Notes under the pieces: model-generated
Told to the model about the DNA's origin: nothing
Databases searched by the model: none
The model's input: only the letters and a program-made list of their open reading frames with translations
In this document: one piece after another, positions 54,027 to 64,000 of the stretch
Position numbering within the stretch: position 1 is the stretch's first letter
Layout: every line of letters starts with the position of its first letter
Position numbers and translations under genes: made by a program
Assembly (NCBI GenBank): GCA_951406725.2
Contig: OX597828.1
Span: forward strand, 8,246,001 to 8,310,000
Source: Octopus vulgaris
Taxonomy: Eukaryota
Direction of reading: 5' to 3'
DNA: 64,000 nt

Positions 54027-54785
54027 CATATATAGAAATACAAACGCACACAGATATTCAATGGGCAAAAACGATAGATTATGCGTATGTATGTGAGCCT
54101 GTGTATGTGTATGTATATATTCATGTATATAAAAATCTAAACACGCCCACATACACGGATACATAGCGTTTGTATATGTAGATGAAACTTTTCAAATATC
54201 GGCTTCTTTTTCATTTATAATTTCCATTTGGCATTTAATTCATACTTTCCGTTTTATTTTCTTACGTAATCAAAAGAAATTTTTTGTCTTCTACTTTTAT
54301 CCAACTTAAATTATTAAAATCGAAAGAAAAAGAATGTATGGACTTGTTAAGGGGTTTTCATCACACATCAAGCCTATTCTGACAGGGATGTAATCATATG
54401 CCTTCAAAGTTCGTGTCTTCTGTAGTTTTGAGAGACAGTGTGTCTAGGGCCATACTGTTCAATTTATCATTTTAAAATTTTCACAAGAATCCGCTTCAGT
54501 GGGGTTTATAACACCCGTGCAATACCCATAAGACATTTTTTATACGTATGAGTGGTACTGACTAGATTTCTTGAACGTGCCAACGTACATGTGGGGCAAC
54601 CACATTGGGTCAATCAAATCATATATAGAATATATATTAGGAAAACTTTAGCATCTCAACACTAATCCCATATTTGAGATCTGCGTAGTCGACCTGCTTG
54701 TAGACGAGAACACGGCAACTGGAAGTTGAATACGTCCTTTCCCGGTATATAAAGGCTTCAAAGATTGGATTAGCATTTTAAATGG

Positions 54786-55168
54786 GGAAGCACTCCGTCG
54801 GTTACGACGACGAGGGTTCCGGTTGATCCGAATCAACGGAACAGCCTGCTCGTGAAATTATCGTGTAAGTGGCTGAGCACTCCACAGACAAGTGTACCCT
54901 TAACGTAGTTTTCGGGGATATTCAGCGTGACACAGAGAGTAACAAGGCCGGCCCTTTGAAATACAGGTACAACAGAAACAGGAAGTAAAAGTGAGAGAAA
55001 GTTGTGGTGAAAGAGTACAGCAGGGATCACCACCAACCCTGCCGGAGCCTCGTGGAGCTTTAGGTGTTTTCGCTCAATAAACACTCACAACGCCCGGTCT
55101 GGGAATCGAAACCGCGATCCTATGACAGCGAGTCCGCTGCCCAAACCACTGGGCCATTGCGCCTCCAC
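54786..55168 (-). mobile_element. SINE family C, full length, with TSD
   Basis: Head GTGGAGGCGCAATGGCCCAGTGG...GGTTTCGATTCCC; TSD CATTTTAAAT at 54774-54783 and 55171-55180. Confidence 0.92.
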
Positions 55169-55705
55169 ATCATTTTAAATACATAGCAGTTGACAAGGAT
55201 AACTATCAAGAACCGTAAGTGTAACGTTCTCCAACTAAGAAGTACAGAAGAGTCGGTCAATTTTATTGGAGAAAAAGCATAAGAGAATTAGATTAGTTAA
55301 TTAGTGACTTCGAAAAGGCGATAATAACCATTGGATATTTCTCTATGAATAAAGACGAAAATTGTGTTGTCAGAGCTTATGCACATGCTTTAAGTCACGA
55401 TGAAACGAAAGATCTTTGATGGGGTTGGACGACTAGGCTAGCGGTGTACAATGTGGAAAAAATGTCAGGATTTGGTGTTTGATGCACCATGAAGGACATG
55501 CGCAATGCAATTTCAAGATGAGGTAGGGATGAATGGCGCTTTGCTAAATATTTGGATGTGAGAGGTAGGGATTTTATTGTTATTACTTGATTTTATCATA
55601 CAGTTTTACACGACCAATGTAATTCCATGACTATGGTTCTAACTTTGTCATTTTATATTCTCCTGCATTTCTTTGAGTTTCATTTTGGTAAAATTCAAAT
55701 TCAGT

Positions 55706-55923
55706 ATTCTTTTATTCTTTTATTCTTTTATTCGTTTATTTGTTTCAGTCAATTGACTGCGGCCATGCTGGAGCACCGCTTTTAGTCGAGCAAATCGACC
55801 CCAGGACTTATACTAGTACTTATTCTGTCGGTCTCTGTGCCGAACCGCTAAGTTACGGGGACGTTAACACACCAGCATCGGTTGTCAAGCGATATTGGGG
55901 GGACAAACACATACACACAAACA

Positions 55924-55966
<43 letters not shown>

Positions 55967-56150
55967 GTATACGTATATATACACGTATAAACGACGGGCT
56001 TCTTTCAGTTTCCGTCTACCAAATCCACTCACAAGGCTTTGACCGGCCCGAAGCTGTAGTTAAAGAAAACAGCCCAAGGTGCCAGGCAGTGGGAATGAAC
56101 CCGGAACCATGTGGTTGGTAAGCAAGCAACTTACCACACAGCCAGCCCTG
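55706..56150 (-). mobile_element. SINE family A
   Basis: Homology to the other family A copies. Confidence 0.9.
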
Positions 56151-56542
56151 CGTTACTATAATTATTATTTGCAATTGGATCTCTACAACCGTCATTTGCA
56201 ATGAGTACGGCATGACAGCACGATATTATGCTTTCTGCAAGTGTCTTATGTACTACGTATTCGCAAACAAGTATAGCCATTTAATAATCTTTTCCACTTT
56301 TAACCTGGTGCAACATCAGGAATATTTCAAGTGGAAAGACAGAAAACTGTTCCAGCACTCAGTCGGTGAGCTCCGTTACAGATGAGCAGAGTGGAGCAGC
56401 GGGAATGAGAAACTTTGTTTAACTACACGAAGGTCAGCTACACAAAGGACAACTATACAAAGGCCAATCATCACGTGATCTCACGACCGTGAACCCAAAA
56501 CTCTCAAGACTATGCTACGCAACATTTTAACATAGTAGGGTA

Positions 56543-56697
56543 GGAGCACTCCGTCGGTTACGACGATGAGGGTCCCAGCTGATACGATCAACGGAACAGC
56601 TTGCTCGTGGAATTAACGTGCAAGTGGCTGAGCACTCCACAGACACGTGTACCCTTAACGTAGTTCTCGGGGAGATTCAGCGTGACACAGAGTGTGT
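56543..56697 (-). mobile_element. Family C-type tail, 5'-truncated
   Basis: gcactccgtcggttacgacga...gattcagcgtgacacagag. Confidence 0.85.
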
Positions 56698-56717
56698 AGT
56701 TATTTAAACAATTATAA

Positions 56718-56947
56718 GGCGGCGAGCTGGCAGAAACGTTAGCACGTCGGGCGAAATGCTTAGCGGTATTTCGTCTGTCGTTACCGTTCTGAGTTCAAAT
56801 TCCGCCGAGGTCGACTTTGCCTTTCATCATTTCAGGGTCGATAAATTAAGTACCAGTTCCGCACTGGGCTCGATGTAATCGACTTAATCCCTTTGTCTGT
56901 CCTTGTTTGTCCCCTCTGTGTTTAGCCCCTTGTGGGTAATAAAGAAA
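56718..56947 (+). mobile_element. SINE family B monomer with TSD
   Basis: TSD TATTTAAACAATTAT at 56701-56715 and 56950-56964. Confidence 0.92.
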
Positions 56948-58093
56948 CATATTTAAACAATTATCTAATTTTAGACAATTACAATTTATTACTTTCTTTA
57001 AATAAAACAGTTGTTCAATTCCTTAATTCAACTGCGTAAGGGAGTGTGAACAATATATTGCAAAAGGCTCGCTCATAGTTTTGAGGATCTATGCCAAGAA
57101 TGTATGGGACTTGTTCAACATAGGACTGAATCTATTGGCCGTTTAACACTAATATTTTTCAAATGTACTTCATGAGTTCATATTCAAGAAAATTTAAACC
57201 AACTCTCAAATTAGTGAGAGAAGAGGAAAAATAATAAAAAAAATAAAAAAGAAAAGAAAATCAAGAATTATTGATATTATTTTTTTCTTTATATTGTCTA
57301 ATGAGTTGTCTGTTATCGTTCTCCCCCACCAATGAAGGTAGCTTTTGATATGCTAATGATTGAGTGAAAAAATCTATAATTTCCATATTCCATTTAATTA
57401 ACAACTCAAAGGGAGCGGCTTTAGACTAAAAAGAACATAATTTAGCTGAATATTAAAAAATTATTTTCCACTCGATAAATCTTTTGCTCAGTAGTTGCAA
57501 AAGTAGTAGAAGTGGTAATAGCAGTTATAGTAGTGGTGGGTCAGAAGTGGTTGTAGTAGCTTCCCACCCGCTTCTCCCTCTTGCTCTCTTACGGGTGTAA
57601 ATTGTGTGTGATGTTTCAAAGAAAATAAGTGTCAACGATAAGTGTGGTATATGTGTTGTTGTATCTATATACCATTTCTTGATGTAATTGTTTATTTGAA
57701 AAAATTAAATGAAAATACAAACACTTACATACACACTGATATGAATACATACATACACACCCATACTTACATACACACCCATACTTACATTCACACTCAC
57801 ACACACAAATATATACCGATACTCACACGTAAACACACACATGTATACATAGAGAATTTTTGTAGTCAGATGATAGATTTGGATTGGCAAAATCGTTAAA
57901 GGCATCGGACGAAATGCATTGTAGAATTTAATTATAATCCTTTGTGTTATGGGTTCAATTTCCGTTACGTTCATCTTTGTTATTCTTTATTCTGGTGTCA
58001 AGAAACTAAAGCATCGATCAAGCGTTTGGATCGGCATCAAAAAGTAATTTCCTCCCCTCCCCATCAAGACATAATACCTGGACTAATACCTAT

Positions 58094-58322
58094 TTCTTTA
58101 TTACCCACAGGGAGCTAAACATAGAGGGGACAAACAAGGACAGACATAGGTATGAAGTCGATTACTTCGACCCCAGTGCGTAACTGGTACTTATTTAATC
58201 GACCCTGAAAGGATGAAAGGCAAAGTCGACCTCGGCGGAATTTGAACTCACAACGTAACTGCAGACGAAATACTGCTAAGCATTTCGCCCGGCGCGCTAA
58301 AGTTTCTGCCAGCTCGCCGCCT
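58094..58322 (-). mobile_element. SINE family B monomer with TSD
   Basis: TSD CTGGACTAATACCTAT at 58078-58093 and 58326-58341; nested in an older family B copy. Confidence 0.9.
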
Positions 58323-59281
58323 TATCTGGACTAATACCTATAAATGAAATTATTATTTGGTTTTTGGTCTGCAAGTAGTACAGTAGTTGTTGCTGAATGG
58401 CTATATAAGTATTCCGATAGGGAAAACAGTGACTGGTACGAAATCCAAGACAGCCTTAACACAAGTAGGAGGACGTAAATTAGGAAAACAAATCGTCAAA
58501 TGAGGGATATTGAATGTAAAACAGAAGGTATGTGCAAGGAAGTTGGGTTGAATGACGTGGATTGAAGACAGCCAGCAGCTTGCTATCTTCTCTTAGAAGA
58601 AATATTTTCGGTTGTAGTAAAAAAGACCCAGAGGATACACACAGCAAATCTTAAGCATAATAGTCAATTAATTTCGTGACTCATAGACTATAAATTGCAT
58701 ACCATGAATCGTTTGGAGGTAGGTGTTACAAATATGTGAGAAGTAATTTTCTCGGAAGCATAGTGTCATCAACGGATCTTTGATGAACATTTTCTGTATC
58801 ACGAGAGATAGTTATATATTTTCAGGATTTAGTGTGTTCTGTGGTTTATATACATTTAAAGGAAAGTAGAAGAAACATGACAGCGGTGCACTTATCTCCA
58901 CATGAAACAAACAACAAATCAGTGTTATATCTCTCTGTCCTTGCTTACACACATACACACACACACACACACACACATACACACGCACACACAGTCATAC
59001 ACACTCAGACACATGCACGCACACACACACGCACACTCAGGTGTACAAAATCCAGGTTTATGGTTTTACTGTTCTGAAACCTGGACTTTCAATACGTACA
59101 GAATTTTGATATTACACTTGATACCGATAAGGAAGATACACTGAAACTCGGGTTGAGGGTTGCATCGGAAAACACTATTTTTCTACTCTCTTAGGACCTT
59201 ATATATATATACACACAATGGGATTCTTTCAGTTGCCGTCCACCAAATCCAGTCACAAGGCTTTAGTCGGCCACGCCTGCG

Positions 59282-59316
<35 letters not shown>

Positions 59317-59320
<4 letters not shown>

Positions 59321-59672
59321 CTTAGTCTTAAGTCCTCCTGCGCTGTGTGGCGCATTCGGCGCCAAGGGTTCTCCAACGTGGTAGGTTGGGCGCGGCGATT
59401 TCAACTTCATTCCATGAAACGTCAATGTTTTTTAGGTCATCGATGAAGGTGCGGTGCCAAGTCACTTTTGGTCGCTCTTGTTTTCTCTTGCCAAGCCGTG
59501 GCTTCCACAGAATGGCAGTTTTCCCATGGTGTGACTGTGGGAATCGGAGGGCATGGCCTGCGAATCGCAACTGTGTTCAGTGACAACGTCATGGAGTGGA
59601 TGGGTATCAGTTCGGTGATGTATCTCGTCATTCGTGATGTGGTTGCAGTATCCGCCGGAGGCAATGTAGCTG
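59317..59672 (-). mobile_element. RTE-clade LINE 3' end
   Basis: TNDEIHHRT..., LRFAGHALR...AILWKP..GKRKQERPKVTW..DL...A..RWR, then stop and a short ctaag-repeat tail. Confidence 0.85.
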
Positions 59673-59824
59673 AAATATATATATATATATATGAATGTAC
59701 ATGTATGCATGTAGGAATATGCGTGTATGCATATATGTATATGTATGTAGATATGGATATGTAGATATGAACACATATACTCATATATATGTATATAATT
59801 ACACACACACACACAGACATATAT

Positions 59825-60012
59825 ATATATATAGTTAATCCAAACAAGAAAGCACGAAGAGAAAGCACAAAAAGCGAGGACGTGGAACAAGTATAGTTTT
59901 ATTGGACGCTCAGGAAAGGAAAGAAAACAGGAAGATTCAATGTTTCGAGCGGAGCTCTTCATCAGAAACATAGGAAAAGGAAAGGTCCAAGGAAGAGAAG
60001 ACGGAGGAAAAA
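59825..60012 (-). mobile_element. Penelope-like terminal remnant with minimal hammerhead (59934-59970)
   Basis: Reverse complement GTTT-CTGATGA-A-GAGC-tcc-GCTC-GAAAC-ATT-GAAT; adjacent to (TA)n. Confidence 0.6.
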
Positions 60013-60067
60013 CATTGTGTGTGTATTTGTGTGTTTGTTTATGTGAGTCCGTAAGTGTGAATGTGCG

Positions 60068-60184
60068 AAAAGGATGAACGGCTAAGTCAACCTCGGCGGA
60101 ATTTGAACTCAGATCCTGAAGACAGGCGAAATGCCGTTAAGCATTTTGTCCGGCGTGCTAGCGATTCTGCCAGCTTTCCGCCTT
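60068..60184 (-). mobile_element. SINE family B, 5' part
   Basis: Homology to the other family B copies. Confidence 0.8.
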
Positions 60185-60245
60185 AAGACACACTTAGATA
60201 TTGGTATCACTAATTCACGGATGAAATGCTGCGAAGCAGATATGT

Positions 60246-60630
60246 GGAAGCACTCCGTCGGTTACGACGACGAGGGTTCCGGTTGATCCGAATCAACGGA
60301 ACAGCCTGCTCGTGAAATTAACGTGTAAGTGGCTGAGCACTCCACAGACACGTGTACCCTTAACGTAGTTCTTGGGGATATTCAGCGTGACACAGAGAGT
60401 GACATGGCCGGCCCTTTGAAATACAGGTACCACAGAAACAGGAAGTAAGAGTGAGAGAAAGTTGTGGTGAAAGAGTACAGCAGGGATCACCACCATCCCC
60501 TGCCGGAGCCTCGTGGAACTTTTAGGTGTTTTCGCTCAATAAACACTCACAACGCCTGGTCTGGGAATCGAAACCGCGATCCTATGACTGCGAGTCCGCT
60601 GCCCTAACCACTGGGCCATTGCGCCTCCAC
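60246..60630 (-). mobile_element. SINE family C, full length, with TSD
   Basis: Near-identical to 54786-55168; TSD GCGAAGCAGATAT at 60231-60243 and 60631-60643. Confidence 0.93.
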
Positions 60631-61477
60631 GCGAAGCAGATATAGTGCAGGCCAGACCAGACTATCATTTCATCTGCCAGAAAACAACATCATTTCTCTA
60701 TTTTCTCTCCTTGTGAAACATATTCTATTTCATTATTTCAGGCGAGTGGGCAGTGTACAATGTGTGGTGAGGCTTACGTTGTGGCTTATTTCGACAGGGT
60801 ATAATAGGTAGAGAGAGGAAGACCTGGTTTAAATTACATGCATAAATATACATGCACGAGCTTCATTATGATAATGATCTCCGATTTAGGCGCATGGCCA
60901 AGAACTTCAGAGAATGCCCCCGCCCCCACGAAACGAATGAACGCCATAGCTTAGCTTATTTGGATTTGAAAAAATATTGCAAAGAATGTTTTCCCTACAA
61001 TAATGAATCAGCTAGTCCGCCTTACTATTTTACATGTTGGAGTTTATTCAGTCAATAAACCCAAACAGCTGTTGTCTGTAGAGGCAATAGCGGATGACCT
61101 GTGGACTTCAGAATTCATTGAAGAGCGTCATGCCTTAAATGAGATCAAAAGAATGTATTACCCATCCTTGAATCTGCTGAATGAATCGCAAAATCAGTTC
61201 AACATCAACACACACATACATCTCCATTCTCACATAACTGCCATTCTGTCCTTCCTCTCTTTCCATCACCTTCCATTCTTCCACAGCAAATACACACTGA
61301 AATACTCACATAATCTTTATACTGGTCAAAAAGGATACTTGTACTTGTGTTGTACGTCCATTAATGTTATATCGCTTGAAGAAATAAATCCACGAAGAAG
61401 ATCAACCCGTTGCCCACGGATACTACGGACTACATTGTATTCATCCCAGGAATATGGACTGTGACTTTAAGAGGGAT

Positions 61478-61728
61478 GAACTTCGCGTTGTTTTAGCCTT
61501 CAAATGACGCCACTCCGCTGGCTAAGAGAGCAGGCCAACATAAGAAAAAGTGAGAGAAATTTGTGGCGAAAGGGTACAGCAGGGATCACCATTACCCCCT
61601 GCCGGAGCCTCGTTGAGCTTTAGGTGTTTTCGCTCAATAAACACTCACAATACCCGGTCTGAGAATGGGCACAGCGATCCTACGACTGCGAGTTCGCTGC
61701 CCTAACCACTGGGCCATTGCGCCTCCAC
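61478..61728 (-). mobile_element. SINE family C head and middle with a third type of tail
   Basis: Same head and middle as 60246-60630; diverges after ..ctcactttttctt into ggcctgctctcttagccagcggagtggcgtcatttgaaggc. Confidence 0.8.
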
Positions 61729-62425
61729 ACACACACATATATATATATATATGTATGCTCATGTACATGTGTGTGCGCGTTTATGCAAGCATATATGTAT
61801 GTATTCCTGTATGTATGTATGTATGTATGTATGTATGTATGTATGTATGTATGTGTGCGTGCGTGAGTGTGCGCGCGTGCATGTGTGCGTGTGTGTGTCT
61901 GTGTATATACGTGTACGTTTGTAAGACACGCACATATATATGAATATATGTGCCGAAAATATATTTCAAAATTATGTTTAATAGCATTCTGAGTTTCGTA
62001 GGATTTAGAAGTGTAATATGTTGTAGATGAAGCAAATATCTGCATAAGTAGAAAATATCACTGTTAAATCGCTACTTATGGAAACATTTAAATTCTCATT
62101 TATAAACGGTGTACACAATAAAGAGATACACAGAAGAAAATATATTGGAACACGAGTCAATAAAACAATTTCCAGCAGACTAATGGATCCACCCATAGAC
62201 TAATACAGAAAGGAAATCTGTGAAAAAGAAAAAAATATATGCACCCAACAAACTATTCGAATTAACGAGTCAGACATATGTGCATTACGCAAAAGAAATG
62301 CATAGAATGTTTTTGAATGCATTCGCACAATGAAAACCTTCGTATCGCGAGGACAAAGTGTGTTGCATTAGAGCATACACTATGATAGGTAGAATACCGA
62401 AATAATTAAACTTAAGATTAATGCA

Positions 62426-62627
62426 GTTCTATATTTTAGAGATGAGGAATTATGTACATTATTTACATTATTTATATTATTTACATTCGACGGATATTTG
62501 CCCTCATCTTGTTTGTAGTTAACACAACGTTTCGGCTGATATACCCTTCTGCCTTGTTCAGGTGTCTTAGGGAAATTTCGAACCTGGGTTCTCATTCCTA
62601 AGGTATTTTTCGATGTTGTTATTATTA

Positions 62628-62680
<53 letters not shown>

Positions 62681-62755
62681 GTTGTTGTTGTTGTTGTTGT
62701 TGCTGTTGTTATTGTTCAGATTACTATTTGAAATCGAACTCGGAATGTTTGGGTT
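62426..62755 (-). mobile_element. SINE family D (B-box part of head, (AAC/AAT)n, hammerhead tail)
   Basis: Reverse complement aacccaaacattccgagttcgatttc..tga, then microsatellite, then tail. HHR remnant at 62521-62566 has CTGAACA. Confidence 0.85.
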
Positions 62756-62779
62756 GTATGTATGTATGTATGTATCTAT

Positions 62780-62829
<50 letters not shown>

Positions 62830-63229
62830 CAAAATAAGAAACAGGATATCGGGAACTGATGTAGTACGACCGTTTCAAGCGACTCCAGTCAATCGACTTA
62901 CGCAATCATTATATCAATTTAAACGCAGTGCTATCATCAGCTGCACAAATAAATATAATTTTAACCAATTGGACACATTAATATAATTTTTCGCAAATAC
63001 TTTAATAGAACAAGAAAATGGAAGAAATTCATGTTGTCGCTATTGTAGCTAAGAGTAGACTATACTTCCAAGAATGGCATGAATGTCACTGGGGTAAGAG
63101 CTTTTAAAGGATTGTGGTTCAATTCTAATTCATTTGTCTTTTTATCAACTTATTTTGATTTTATTCTCCTGAGTGATTTGGTGTTTCTACTTACTCTGTT
63201 CTACCTGGGGATAAAGTTGTCAGTGTCTT

Positions 63230-63945
63230 TCAAGCGTTTAATAGTGTTCATACCTTGAAAGGTGTCTACCTTGACAACACAAACACTAAAAACTGGCGAG
63301 GAGGGAGACCTTTTAACATGTTTAGGAAATAAATTGAGCACAAATTGCACACCATTGCCTGTCCATCAGAATGAAATTTCTTTTAGAACTGTTTTAAACA
63401 TCTTCATGGCAGTACCAAACCTTCAGTTATTTTCAGTGGTCCGTTGAGGAAACTCTGTGTAATTGATTACCAAGATCAGCCACAAGTGGAAGTCACCAAA
63501 CTCAGTGGCCCCCCTGGATGACATGGAATTTGATGAGGTGACACAGTAATGATCAGAGGCTTATTTTAGAGTATGTATTAGGAATTTCCAGGTGTAATGT
63601 CAACCCAAGGTTTCCTGCCTATGGAAATCCAGCGCCGTATCACTCTGTCAAGAGAGTTCCAATTTTATAGTGAAATAAAAATAAAATTTATTATTCTTCT
63701 TTCAAAAGTGGGAAGCCAGCCAAAAAGATGCTGAAGGAGATAACAAAATTGACCTCACATACTGGTCAGCATTAGTCAAACTTTCTCAAAGTGTAATCTG
63801 TGAGCCTGCTCTCGCAGAAGACTTTTCGAGTCAAGAAGGATTACTGAATAGCAACAAGCTTGAGCTTCCTGGTTTGCTTTCACATTCCCAGAGTGTTTAA
63901 AGGGCAGTGAAGCTGACATCTGAAGCTTTCCATACTGTATGACCC
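63230..63945 (+). pseudogene. Decayed DDE transposase, hAT-related (hATm-like)
   Basis: Fragments LDNTNT.., HQNEISFR.., KHLHGST...FSGPL, SNDQRLILE, SHSQSV*RAVKLTSEA match the recalled motif order DxTxxNTG / LHxNELPxR / DGxTxGPxxFSGPIG / LSxDQ / HxQxVERxVKxxxEAS. Subfamily assignment uncertain. Confidence 0.65.
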
Positions 63946-64000
63946 CTTCCCTTGTTTCTAAGGGCTCCTACAGTGAACATTATGATGATTTTGGCATCTA

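Noticed and set aside
61003-61464. 153-aa ORF
   Set aside because: No recognisable motif; partly low-complexity.

Overview
AT-rich, microsatellite-dense eukaryotic non-coding DNA. The SINE repertoire and repeat density resemble a coleoid cephalopod, probably Octopus (inference from recalled families, not verified). I cannot support any host protein-coding exon; almost all listed ORFs are translations of simple repeats or SINEs. The window is mainly mobile-element debris. It holds dozens of tRNA-derived SINEs from at least four families (my labels A-D), an R4/Dong-type restriction-like-endonuclease LINE inside (TAA)n, CR1, RTE and Tx1/L1 remnants, decayed Tc1 and hAT-like transposases, and MITEs. 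The most interesting signal is at RNA level: three apparently unrelated non-coding repeat families carry hammerhead ribozyme (HHR) motifs. (1) A 472-bp, hairpin-rich, retrozyme/Penelope-like unit at 9.8-10.6 kb has a near-complete type I HHR and a fold-back end. (2) SINE family D joins a tRNA/Pol III head, an (AAT)n spacer and a minimal HHR tail; it has 4 copies, including a head-to-head palindrome at 52.8-53.3 kb. (3) Minimal Penelope-type HHRs lie at 15.7 and 59.9 kb. All structures were folded by eye and need covariance-model and cleavage tests.
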